64,000 bases of DNA from Botryllus schlosseri (Eukaryota), in NCBI GenBank assembly GCA_051294905.1, contig CM119375.1, positions 15,004,001 to 15,068,000 of the forward strand. The letters are read 5' to 3'. Below the pieces are notes generated by a model. It was not told the origin of the DNA. It was given only the letters and a program-made list of their open reading frames with translations, and ran no database searches. Below, piece by piece: positions 1 through 13,000 of this stretch. Made by a program: the position numbers and the translations under genes. Within the stretch, counting starts at the first letter, position 1. The number at the start of each line of letters is the position of its first letter.

Positions 1-3000
1 CGCTTGTGGTGCGGGCCCGTTGTCCGGGGAGGGTAAGGTGGGAGTCTTTGGGGTCGGTGGTACTGACAGTGTCGTTGGATTCGTCGCTACCTTCAGCTGG
101 TTCGTCTGCGTGGAGAATAGAGCACACGGTTACTATTACCCATCAGTTTTAACAACGAAGAAAATCGTACAGACGGGATGTCATACGCGCTAACGCAGTG
201 GGATTTTCATATCGAACTTGGTCCTAGTGGAAAATGCGTGGTTGTAAAAACACTTTAGGTAAGCCGCTCCTTAAATAGCCTATATAGTTAGACCTGTGCG
301 CCTACAGTCCGCCTGAGCTCTCAAAGAAAAAGTCAGAGGCGGTCAGTAACGGCGGGCTTGTACTTTTAGAAGTACTGTAATCAAGTAGTTATACATACTT
401 ACATTACTTCCAATCTACTTCCACTTGAGGTAGTTTTGTGATATTTGAATGTCGTTATTTGAATTTCTTGAGTACCATCGATGGATACTCGGCAACCCCT
501 ACCGACTACATGTTACCAGTGACTGAATATGTATTCTTCACCGCGGGACAACTATATTGCAATAGGATAATCGAATTTATATAGTTACAATACTTGGATT
601 TGGTTCACAAGGCCATAGTTGCTAAGCACCAAAATCCTCCACATACAACTCATACATACGAACAAGCAGACATACATACATACATACATAGTTACTTTGA
701 TAACTTGTGGCGTTACCTTTATATTTCCTGTATAGGGTTCGCCGTATCCTGGCACCAGGTTTGAGCAGCGCGACGCGAAGGCTGTTCTCGCCCCTGTTCT
801 GCATGTTGATCTCCCTGCAAGCCTTTTGCGCCTCGTCTTGATCTTCAAACTCGATCACAGCGCACACCTTCGTGCCTAGATCGGCAACCCACTGTACAGG
901 GAAATCGGACGCTCAAATTAATACGCCGGTAATCCGACGAAGGAAGATGAAGAATCATTGGAAGCACATATCAAATTTAAATCGGTAGCTGGAGCTAGTA
1001 CAGTTACTTCCCAGGAAGGTATACTGCTTGGAGCAGAAGTGGAAATCAGGGCTCGAAAATCATCTCACAGTTAGTGGCCTATCAACGTGGTCAAGGATAT
1101 TATTCAGCCGTTGTCAATATAGTCAACGACGTTGACTCAACGTAACACCGTAACATCGTAATTTTCTACTCAATTACAAGCACAAGTATAGCAAATTCTA
1201 AGGCATGCTATATCACGCGGTTTTTACGAGAATTTCACTCGTAAACGGAGCTAACTTATCCAAAAAGTTTCTTAAGTAATTTTCCATAACAAACTGGTAA
1301 CTGGAAGTTGTCCAAAAACATAACCACTTAAGTATGTAGTGAAATTAGTCAATACATACTTCAGTAATCCGAAAAGGTCGAAGTACTTCGTTACTGCGTG
1401 ACCAACTCCGTGAATAATCATACTTGTCAGTAGTTCGAGAGATGAATATCCGTAGCAAGCGAATTAAGTGACTCGCGTCCTATAGACTTGTGTGATTTCA
1501 AAACTAAATAATGCGATCGTGATACAGTTCTATAGTGACTACATCGTGTAGATTTCGTTATAATTGAAGTGAACAAAATTGGTCCGTGAACTAAATTTAA
1601 TTTTTAATTTTTAATGTAAAAAATAGCAATTTCAGCTTTAAAAATTGTTGATTTAGTTGTCAAAGTAAAGTATGGGTTAGAACAGTAAGAGTCAGTCGTG
1701 GCGACAAGCTATATGTTTACTAAAATGTAGAAATACAACGCCATCGAACAGCTACGGCAGATCAGCAATCATAGAACGAAATATAAGCGTGGTGTGAATG
1801 TATATATATCGAAAATAACAACAACAATAACAGCCCAGTATGGCGTATCAAATACAGCGTTAGGTGCATCCAAAAATTGCCAAACACCATATTTGCTGCC
1901 GCAAAACTAAAACGTTCGCTGGATACACGCTGCGAAGCTGAAAAGAGTTAAAATACAGCCGAAACCACTCCGATCCTGGAACTAACACAGCATCAAAACT
2001 TGACATTGCAATGGGTAACTTTCATTCTCAATTCAAGCTTAGCATCAAAACACTCACGGCCGTGTAATCTTTCAAGTAGGAAGGTATGGCCTTGCCGGGT
2101 CGCAGCACCCGCACTTGAGTCAGCATGCCGTATCTCTGAAACAGTGACGTCACGTTTTCGACAGTGGGCGCGTCAATCGGCAGGTTGATGGCTACCACGC
2201 TTCTGATGAACCTCGGAGCTTCGATGTTTTCGGGGAGAGGCCGCTTCCTGCGGATCTGTGGCGTAACAACGCGTCTGATCAGAGTGACATTCGCACTAGT
2301 CGTAGTTGTCGCGCGCCAAAGAACACAGTGATGTTCATCGGATAATTTGTGGGGCTTGGCAAATCGAGTTCTTGAGGGATTCCATTCTGAATCGAGTATT
2401 TGGTATCACTCATTTTGACGTCATAACTGTATGACTCATGTGACAATTCAAATATATATCCTACGTTTTATGCGACCGCAAAGAATATAATACATGTTTT
2501 ACATAACGATAAAGATAATTTTGTATTTTTCGGGTAATTTGTTGTGTTGCTCACGGTTTTACAGATATGTCATCTCCACTATCGTGCGTGGCTTTGAATT
2601 AAATGTTTCGTATCCCGCGACGTATCCACCACAGATTAAACGCCAAAAGAATGCGTCCCCCTCGACCAAATTCATTTTTTGAGACTATTTATATTTCGGT
2701 ATTCAGATCATCCATTTTCTACTTCCAGCAATATACGGCGTTACTTCTACTTCTACTCCAGCAGAAAGACGTGGCACTGACTGCTACCGTTTTGCACGCC
2801 TGGTGGTAATGAAGCCGATGATCTACGACCAGGATGAAAATGATATCATCCACTTTAGCGTCGTAATATAGCGAAGGCGATCATGCTGTTTGGCGCAAGA
2901 TGATACGGAGTAGCGATTCCTATGTTAATTCGATCCGACACAATGCGAAAATAGCAGGGATGTGACCGCGTAGATGTAATTTAACTAGCGCCGAAGTAGA

Positions 3001-6000
3001 TGCTTAGACAAAGTGAGATAATAATAAGGGAATTGTCAATCCGTTCTTGTCGCCTGTCACGTATTCAGCACAGGACATAACAAGTAAGCGAATAGTGCCT
3101 ATACCTCTCCTCTGACACTGGGAAGTCATATATGTCCACATAGTTATTTCATCAACAAGAATAGTAGTTTCGATACTTTTTTCCAATTCTGGAAGCATTG
3201 AAACCTCGATTGGTCGTATCACAGTGTCCAAGACGTGTAGTACAAATATATATGCATGCCAAGTGGAACATAATTTTCTGTGGAGTCATTGGTAACCCAC
3301 AGCATTGATTATTATGCCATATTTAGGTTTGTTCGACAAAATAGGAAATATATTTATTGTGGTGTATAGCTTGCAATATTTCTGTGGTGGCATAAAAGGT
3401 ACATACTTGAGCTTTCTATGTCATCCAATGGCGCCATAGTGAGTGATACGCGACTATTCGACACAATACGAAGCCTAATACTTCATTCGGGTAAGCCCTA
3501 CTTGGTTTTCTTTCCAGTTAGCAGTGGTCTTCTTTATATTCCAGGCTATAAGTCTGCGAATCCGAATCTTACCATCATCCCTTCTTTGTCCAACTCCAAC
3601 TTCGATGACTGGTCGACCGCGTACGCCACCATCCGCAAATCCCTCGTCTGCGCTTTGACTCGCTTCAGCGCAGCCACGCGTCGTATCGAGATGTAACCGT
3701 CGCTGTCTCCGTTGTTCAACTGGAGTGAACGCAGTATTTAGCAGGCATACACACATTCTCTAGTAGCCACTAGGCAGAGGTGGTCATTACCCAAATAGTT
3801 CTACTTTTTCGGAGTACACAATAAATTTTTACCTATTTGCACTAAATTTAATCAAGTGGTTGTGTTTCTGGATTACTTACGCTTCTCTAGGATAAGTTTG
3901 TGCAACTGTACTGACTGAAATTGCCATAAGAACAGCGTTAAATAGCCCCTGTAAATAGATTTTCGAAGATTTTACCAATCTGTAATGGTATTGTGAATAT
4001 ACGTTGGTCGCGACCATAAATCTTTGCGATTTAGAAAATACCCACCTCCGACTAACTGCTAACATTATCGACCAAATATGCTTTTAGAACCTACATCCTT
4101 GAAAAAACTTTTCCGACCTTAAAATTTTCTGCATCTACTTGAAGTACTGTTGACATGCCCTTTAAATCGCTACTTCTACTTGTAATTTAGAAAGTCACTG
4201 CTCTACTTCTGCTTCTACTGGAGTAGCAACGCTTACTACTTTTTAAAGCTCTGGTATCATTAATTAATTTGAAAACGCCTTTGGACGTAGGCTTTTTTTC
4301 CGCGAGAGCACAAATTTCAGCTCCTCACCTGTTTCAACATGTAGCCGTTCTTCGACAGACACTCGTCCGAAAAGTAATACTCGATGATATCGACTAGCTT
4401 CCGTAACTGCCTCGGATCGGAGGACCTCAAAAGCGATTTGCAGTTTTCCGCGGTCGCCAACGCCGAGGCAATTCTTTTGTGCGGCAACGGGCTTCCTGTG
4501 AGCGTTAAATTCGCGTGATTATATGATTGGGTTTAATGGATATACGGAATCGGTCTGTAACGATTCAAACGTGACTCAACATGGGAGTGTAACGGGCACG
4601 GAAGATTGAAAGACTGTAGAATCGTGTGTAAATATACAATTGTCGGTGGTTAGCAAGTAGTCAGTAAGACGGCTAACATCAACAATGCGTGTGATTTGAG
4701 ACATGGCGATAAACAAAATAGAAAAATTACGACGCGCGTAATATCATTACGAATGGTATTCATCTGCAAAGAAGTCTTGATGAATCCACAGTTGGTGATA
4801 TCATTTGACAAAAAATAATTCATTCGAATTGTCGATTCGACACGTTTACACGGTAGGATTATAGCTGATACATACACGCCAAGAGTAAAGTATATTGTGT
4901 GTGGAACAGAAAAATGTATACACGAATCAAGTGCAAAATGACGATTGCAGCTGTATCACGCAAATACCTCTTTATGCTGCTATAAGTTTAGCACGGATTG
5001 AGGACCGCGATTTTTTGCAAATTCTCCGAATTAGGATTTAATTTATTCAGCACTTAATTCAGAATGACACTAATCTCCCACGAGATTCTTGAACAAATTT
5101 GAGTCAACGGATTTCCTTTCGGATTTTGAGCCGAATTGATAACATTATATTCGCTTCTCTCCAATTTGCATTGTGCATATCCGGTGAACACAATCAACGA
5201 AAAGCGATTAGAATAACAGGGACGTACGTCGTATACGTACGTAGGCCTACATGCACTAGGAAATTATACCATCTGTGACGTGAAAATGTTAGTCATGGCA
5301 TGCTAAACTTAGTTTAGTAGGCCATGGTTCAGTGTTTTAACAAGTCCGATATTTCGGGAGGTTGATATTGTAAACTCTACTATTTAGTCCTCGCATGGTG
5401 CTTTAGAACGGATGTCCGACATTTTAGTTTGCGACACTTTATCATTCGACGTTTGAACATGTGACTTCACAACGCCAAAATTAGCTCTGACCCTAACCAA
5501 ACCCGAAACCTATCCCAGCGATATATAGAGCTACATAGAACTATAGAATTATACATCCCAGGCCTATCCGTAACCCATTTCTAACTTTAACCCATATGCT
5601 AGTTTCGCATGTTTAAGTGTTCTCAGTCCAGTGTCCACAGACCCTTCATCGAACACAGTGCTCAATTCCCTCACCCGAAGATTTTGGATTGGTCGCGGCA
5701 TTGCTGTCCTCATCCGCAGATTGGCTTCTCCGCCTTTGCGCGGTGTTCATACCGCTTAGCGTCCTATCGTCGTAAGTATTATTCCTCCAGTTCACTGCCG
5801 TGTCTAAAATTCAAACACACGTTACCGTTTGCCAGAGGTGGTGAAAATTATCTGCGTTATTACGCAAGTAGTAGACATAACGCCGTAAATTTGTACTCCA
5901 CTACAAGTAGAAGTAACGGTTCCAAAGACGTTTCAAAACTACATTAAGTGCAAGTAGGAAATGAAGGTGTTAAGGTACTGACGTAATTGATGGGTATAGC

Positions 6001-6931
6001 ATACTTTTGACGGGTTTCTTTGTTTCTTTGATATTCATGGCTTTTTCGACGACATGGGTCATTTTATACCAGGTCAACACTGCTGGAATGGGGTAAAATC
6101 GAGTATTTCAGGAGTCGAGTCGGAAGGGTGACCTATTTTTAGTCAACACAATGCTATTGGTATAAAATTCTTCAAAATCACCAGTTTTCTTTTCCGGTAC
6201 TACATCTTTCAGAATTTTTGAAAGTATCCTATTTACAGATCTCAAAATAGGGTAAGCCTAAGCCCTAATATTATGATTCTGCCGACTTATTCAGGCCTTC
6301 TTCAGGCCTTCTTATTCTTACCGCAAGGACTGATAGCACACCCATTTCGTCTCTTCGGGGTCAGCCTCGGCCGCATGTAAGCTTGGCTGTCCTGTACAGA
6401 CACTGCGTGGCGATAGTCCTGTTGCAGCGATTGTATTTGATGAGCGTGTGGCACGCTATGGTTGACCCCGTTGATGTTTACTAAGTGCACTGCTTCGTGA
6501 GATTGCCTGTCGGTGGCGACTTGACAAAACGCAGGCTGTTGTTGCGGTGAGATCTGATGTACGGGCTGGTTCACCACCAGTCTTTGACCATTTACTGTCA
6601 TAAGTACCGGTACGATGTTGGGCTGAGATTGGTGAAATTGCATCGCGCCGGGCGAATACACTTGGGACAACAGCACTTGGTTAGCGTCTGTATCGTCTTG
6701 GGCGATTACATTCGGCTGTTGTATCCACACAATGTTTTGCATTTCTTGCGTTTTCGGCATAGCACCGCCGGGGTACACATGCTGGATGTTTTCGGGACGG
6801 TACGACTGTTGCGGGACAACCACAGGATATCCCGCGGACGGTAACATATGTTGCTGTATGTCGTGGGAGTGGATTGGTATTCCGAGCGTTGAAGGTTCCC
6901 ATACCATGAGCTGCGGTGAGACGGCGTGCAT
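1..6931 (-). CDS. LARP6: La-related protein 6-like (La motif + RRM), spliced, 3' end outside the window. Coding exons: 6931-6322, 5803-5675, 4495-4329, 3719-3573, 2255-2058, 891-717, 105-<1
   Basis: All introns are GT-AG with matching phases (1,1,0,0,0,1). La motif LVDIIEYYFSDECLSKNGYMLKQ|LNNGDSDGYISIRRVAALKRVKAQTRDLRMVAYAVDQSSKLELDKEGMM. LARP6-type RRM IRRKRPLPE...LFQRYGMLTQVRVLRPGKAIP...|WVADLGTKVCAVIEFEDQDEAQKACREI...LRVALL. An in-frame TGA lies 4 codons upstream of ATG 6931. Confidence 0.92.
645..690. repeat. Interrupted (CATA)n microsatellite in a LARP6 intron
   Basis: catacaactcatacatacg...catacatacatacatacata visible directly. Confidence 0.7.
3775..4253. mobile_element. Decayed hAT-like MITE with CAGAG termini and CTACTT/AGTA-rich interior. 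Related fragments at about 334-520, 1090-1420, 2680-2800, 5825-5950, 34856-35000 and 40260-40380
   Basis: Starts cagaggtggtcattac and ends aaagctctg. Recurrent ctactt/agtag motifs are shared among the listed loci. No convincing TSD. Confidence 0.5.
6050..6260. mobile_element. Fragment of the TAGGGTTACCAT-TIR MITE family
   Basis: Contains the tgacctatttttagtcaac module and ends aaaatagggtaagccta. Collinear with 30190-30374. Confidence 0.55.
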
Positions 6932-7279
6932 GCTGTTTAGTCAGTTGCAGGCAGTATCCGAAATATTCTGAGGATATGCTCCCCTCTAACGTATGATAAG
7001 GTAAGAGCTTGAAACCACACTTTCGCATGGATTCAAGTAATCCTGTTAACGGTAAATAAATATTTCAATTCCATCGCCAAGGTGAAATTAAGTACGTACA
7101 AAATAGCTGAATCTCTAGCTGTTGACAAAACAAAGTCGTGAATACGACTTAGGCTGAATATTGCTAATATTCCCGGTTGTCGTTTTGACTGCGTAGCACT
7201 TTTCTGAATCTTTCAAGTGGTTAAACGCAAAGTGGTGGGCGCAGTGCTGTATTTTCATTGATTAATAAGTGTGCCAAAT

Positions 7280-7400
7280 TTCATAAACATCCTCATTATA
7301 GCTCGGCCCACTTCCGCGGGCGCGTTTAAGAGCGTCTGGCGCAGCCGTAAGGACTATTTAAAGGCTCAATATACGCACTCTGGATGATGGAATATTATCG
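7280..7400 (-). promoter_or_regulatory. Candidate LARP6 core promoter region
   Basis: Local GC-rich patch with minus-strand CCTTTAAATAG (TATA-like) and GCGGAAGTG (ETS-like) upstream of a splice acceptor at 7043/7042 that opens the ATG-bearing exon. Inference only. Confidence 0.25.
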
Positions 7401-7612
7401 GTGTGATCTGACTGCATGCGATATAATGGATGGGTAACTCGCGGATTATAGATGTGGCGTATATCTACATTAAAATTTGGTTATGGCTTGTCGGCGGATA
7501 TTGATCCGACTTATCAGTGCGACATACGATATCAGATATTTACAAAAGGTATTGAAGAGTGAGAAATAATGATCAATTAGTATCCAAATTATGTCACAGT
7601 TGCTGAAATAAG

Positions 7613-8179
7613 CAGGGTTGTAACCAAATCACAATGCTCCGAGTCACAAGTCAATCTCACTTTTATAGTTTTGACTCGAGTCAAGTCGAGTTATTTTCAG
7701 TTCACCTCCGAGTCAAGTCCGAGTTCAAGTCAGAGAGCAGAGGGTCGAGTCCAAGTCATGGTATTATGACTCGAGTCCGACTCCAAGTCATTGCATTGAC
7801 TGCTCAGTTTCCAGTTACATTATTGTTTAACCCACTTTTTATAACTCTGTTCGGTAATATCGAGTGGTTCGCATGTATAATATACTAATTTTGTCACTTT
7901 TAACAGTTTCTGGTCACATTTTCAAGTACCGCTACCAATAGACAAATACCAATACCGTGGTTACTTCACTATTCTTCGAAATTACAATGAAATGCCGGCA
8001 TTGACCGTCTGTGTCTCGAGTCATATGACTTGGCACGAGTCATGCGCAATGATTCGAGTTCACGCCGAGACAATACACAAATTGACTCGAGTCGAGTCGA
8101 GTCATTTCTGTATTTTAAGAAAATGACTCGAGTCAAGTCGAGTGATCAGAAAATCGCGACTCGAGTCATTACTACCCTG
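7613..8179. mobile_element. Non-autonomous hAT element (CAGGGT TIR, GACTCGAGTC subterminal repeats), 567 bp
   Basis: Termini cagggttgtaac / attactaccctg. Perfect 8-bp TSD GAAATAAG (7605-7612 and 8180-8187). Confidence 0.9.
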
Positions 8180-8646
8180 GAAATAAGTGTGGAAATTGTT
8201 CAGAATTCCACAGTACTGTAAAGCTTGCACGATTCAATTACGTTCCAACGTATTCTATGTATGATATATAGATAGTGAATTCACAAATATATTAATTACT
8301 GATGGCGCGAGGTCGCGTGAGGAAACATCAGTGGAAAATAATATGCATTTTTAAAATTTAAGATTCTTAACAAAAGATGTCGAAAGATCGGATAGATTCA
8401 ACTTTTGGCGGTTCGCCGTGCTCTGAAATGGGAGAGCACTAAGCAGCATTGTATTTTCGCGCAGTATCACCAATCACACTACACAGTTATTCTGAGAGCT
8501 GAAAGTTGAAATATCCTTCACTCCAGTTAATAGCCCACCTAAAGTTGGTCTCTATTTTTTTTGACGAGAAAGTTTTAGGGCTTACCGAAAAAGTTTGACG
8601 GATTTATCTAATCTTTCTCGATCTGTTATTATTGCTACACTTGTCG

Positions 8647-10015
8647 CTAACGCCTTCGTTTGAAAATCTGCTGGTACGCTACGATCTTGCCTGCAGTGAA
8701 ATCGGATTACCACTATACGGTAGAGATACGATCCAGATAACGCAAACGGAAGACAAAATCTTCGTTTCGCTTTTATCATGCTGTGGCCCGGCGCAGCGCT
8801 GTCTCGAAATTGAAATGAGATCGCTGGCTATTACGCTGAAGTTCATAAAATCATTGACCAAGCTTGGCGTAAAAAACCTTGAAAAAGAAATATCTTTATC
8901 AAAACTAACTATAGCTGTAACGTGGGAGAGTATAGTACAAGCTCTGCACTATATTAAAGATGTTGGACTGCAGACATTCGTTCATCGATAAAATCGTTAA
9001 CTGAAACGACGAGATGCTTTTTCATAGCTACGAAATCACAAGAGAAAAGATGTACCTTTATTACCGAAGGTGGTCTTATACTTCAGAAATGCATCTCTGA
9101 CTGCACGTCCGGAAGCGTAAATAGTTCTACTAATGGACAACGCCGCCTATATTACGAAGATAACCTCATATTCGCATGTCACGAAAAATCGAACCATAGT
9201 ACGATTGAGTGCTAACCAATTCGTACCGACATCTCGTAAAATCGTTCCCGTCATTCAACTGTCTATATCGCTTATCTAACCAAAGTCAAGGTATGTGCGT
9301 GACACATTACCGATACTGTCTCCGTAATACGGAGCCGGGCAAACTCGCAATTGTAAACCAGAATTAATACGGCAGCAGCGCTCTTGGCGGGCGCACCACA
9401 CACCTGCAATATTTCGTCGATACAAGCGAAGGATCCGAGATTTTGTTATGTGCGCAGTATCATTTGATTGAATCGCTCATATGCTCATATCAAATCTCAC
9501 CAATTTTAAGATGTCACTGCGGTAACTTTATATTTCCTGATCTTGAGTCACCGCCTCGGCCATCTGCAAATTAACGCCGACGCTAGAGCCCACAGCGTCG
9601 TTCAACACCGAAAACGTTACAGGTACTGTTTTATCTATAGTGAGATTTTAAGCCATTCGGAATGTGTTGATAAATTCATTTGTCGTGTTCGCGTCTCGAC
9701 CTGATCTGTCGGCAAATCCGATGGCTGAATGAGATAAAGGCACGTGATCGGCTCGCCTGAAGCGCATACTCTGCTAAAAACGAAACGACAACGCATGGAA
9801 TGCGGATTCAGTAACAATACATATCATGATGAGTGTAAACTTGTTGCTGTCTTTTACTTGGAATACTGTATACGTTACGAAAACGACACAAGGCGGCCGT
9901 TGTTGCGGTGAGGAAGTATGTTGATGATGTGAACGCGCAAAGGAATAATAACAGATGAATACGTGTGCGAGGAATTTGGATGTTCATGATCCTGATAGAT
10001 TCTGATGATTCCAAA
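8647..10015 (-). other. Chain of candidate coding exons of an unidentified small gene or pseudogene (9634-9501 or 9552, 9403-9311, 9146-9065, 8690-8647; possible upstream exons from 10015 and 9777)
   Basis: AG/GT-bounded segments that join in frame with GC3 of about 48-64%. One has an in-frame TAA (9530-9528). No recognised homology. Confidence 0.3.
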
Positions 10016-13000
10016 CTGTAAATACATGGGTGGAAAATAGGTGTATTTATCAAATTTCCGCTGTAGCGTTGAGTGCAACCTAGGTAATCGGATCTTTCTG
10101 GCACCAAATCTTACTTTCATGCCCATACCAATGGGTGAAAACGAGTCAACTACTCGTATGGGGCTATATCCTGGGGTAGCAGTGGGTGTGCCACATTCTT
10201 TTGCACCTTCCTGGAGCGTTACATGAAAACAGAACCCATACTGTATCCTGGAATATATCTCTATAAGAATAGGCGTATTCGAAAATTATTGTACCAAAAA
10301 GTGCCGTTTCCCTGATTTGCATTCTACGCTATCGTGAAAATCGGAGAAATACACGATCTTCGTACACAGTGTACGCGTCAAAAAGACTGAAGACATTCAG
10401 GTCAACAACTATCTCTGTAATCCTGAAGCTTGGCAATATAGTTTTAGTCTATAGGCATATTTTGCCGCTATACCTTCTGCCTTCGCGCGTATATCTGGAT
10501 TAATCTGTCACGTTAGTAGCGTACACCTATGACCCCTATGACTATCTATCGAGTAAAATCCAAGCAACATGTTGACAAGAAAAACAGAAATATATATGTG
10601 CTGCCTGTGGCGGTGTGGTCGTAGGTCAGCCGAGATCCTGCAATCGCGAGGGCATATGGATATTTAGATAAGAGCACCCCATCCTATATTTTACATACCG
10701 ACCCTCTCCACATCAAACTTTTAACGCTACTTCGTGGCTAATAAATTTGCTCGTCAGCTTTTTTGCTTGCATTTCATACTGAAGTATGCATTAATATTAG
10801 AGACTACTCTGAAACAATACCTCTGACGTAATCGATAAGCGGAATATGAGAGTTAATTCCGTGGCTTTTCCCACCAAAGTGACCGAGCTTATGACTCAAG
10901 GAAGGTAGGACAATAATTCCTTAGCATTTCGAGGTGGATGATACGGCCGCATAAAAACGTAATAAATGACACGCATTAGAACAGAAAACGGCGTGAGGTT
11001 TATCGCATTGTAAAATCCGGCTAGGAATGTTATGACCACAATCAAGCTATACATTTATGTTGTGCCATGTCTCCTGCTTAATCCTAGCGTATTGTTTTCG
11101 TTCCACCAATTACGTGTTCCGATACGAAATGGATTATTTATATCAGTGCAGCGACTGATGGATGGATATTCCTCGACCAGTGACCACGTGAGTATAAATC
11201 CAGTTTGTGTATCTTACGATGGAATATCCTCGATAAAACACCTGTACACGTCGCGCGTCCTTTTAGATGCTGCATTGTGCGAAGTGCGCTCAAAACAACC
11301 AATTTTCGCCCGCGGGGTATATCTCTTATATTCGATTCATATTTGGAGACGTAATTAGATCAATGCTATCAATTGCTAATTGGAGCATGATATCATCTGG
11401 TGACATATAGTAAAGCGCTATTAAGCAAATCGCGAGCAGATTGCGAACGCCTTTGCAACGCTTACCGGTACTTAGAGATTTGCGTGTTTTCTTAGCGATT
11501 TTGGCGACGAGATCAGCCGCGACCTTTCGCGCCAAAATATTAATTAGTTGATTAGTGATGATGTCAAATCAACTCGTGATCCCAGTATAGTTAACAATGG
11601 CTTGCTGAATATTCGATCGGCAGGCAGTTCTAAAAATTGTACACCATTACGAGCCACAATAGTCCTTTTTTCGAAGTGGCGGTTAGTGTGGAGCATAAGA
11701 GAATGGATTTTGTACACTTTCAAATCGGAAAAAATTTCAAATGTGAACTTCAAATCCGAATTCATACCCGGTATATTCGAATTCATTCATAAACCGCGCG
11801 TAAATACAATACGATTCATATGCCGTGTTCAAAACGAATCCTTAATCAAATTACGTCAAATTTTAAATCTCAAACTGATCCAGCCAGAATCTTCAAATAC
11901 TATTTTTTTACTGAAATTCCGAATAATGCTCATTTCTGGCATGCAGCATGTAGCCATAAGACAATTTTGATCTGAAATTCTCGATTCAGAATGAAACATT
12001 AACTGCATTTGTCGAAAGTATAGTATGCTATTCAATTCACATGCATATTCGAACCAGACAACTTAATCGTGTCAGGTTTTGAAAATACGAGTGGCATTTC
12101 TTGAGAGGTATTGCCGAAATTAAATTCGACTCGAAGAATATATTTTCTCAATCATCACGTAATTACTCACTGTGCTCTGCACAATAATCTTGGTCGACGA
12201 CTTCATCGAAATATCAGTTCTGCATAAGTTATGACGCAAGAGTATGTGAATAATCTACACCTTGCAATATATACGCGCAACAATATGCAATATGCATATT
12301 CAAATGTTTTCTTTGTCCGTATAGTGAAATTATTGTCAGCATGGACGCGGAGTTAGGATTGTGATACCACAATGCAATTGTGACGAATGTGCGGGAGGAA
12401 TTCTCCGTAGTTTTTCGAAGACCTACCTTATTAATATTCCGCGTGATACCCTATTAAAGTTATACATCAATCAGTTCATATTCAGAGGTCATGCATTATT
12501 TGTGACACATCCGAACGGTTATTGACAGTCAATCATAGAGGGTTATTATTCGAGGATCGCGTCAATTCCCACAGTATCGCGCACTTGCGGCGTTACACTA
12601 GATTTTAGAAGTAAAATTTCAATAGACATTGCCTGGAAGAGGCGTCCGTATCAATATTTTAAACGAAATTCACCATGTGTCTGGCACCGACCCTCATCAA
12701 TAATGACATACGCGCGTCCGCGTTAAGGAAAGATTCTTCTCAAATTGCCGGGCGTAGTCCAAATGGAAACCGCTTGAATTCGTGAATAGCGCACCCCTTC
12801 ACACGTGTAGGCTACGGGATTATGAGCGCTACTTGGCAACGTGCAATCAAAGACTAACCCATGCATGTTTTTCGTGGACAAGAAAGGACATATCACGAGA
12901 CGTCACAACCGTGAGTCGCCAAGCTATTTCGGATAACCAGACTATCAAGCTTTAGTCGATTTAAGCATAGTAATCAGGTCCGAATGTATTTTATGTAACA

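Noticed and set aside
3004-3231. ORF LDTVIRPIEVSMLPELEKSIETT... as a LARP6 exon
   Set aside because: The La-to-RRM junction is fully supplied by the exon at 2255-2058 with the correct phase. This ORF is intronic and lacks good splice sites.
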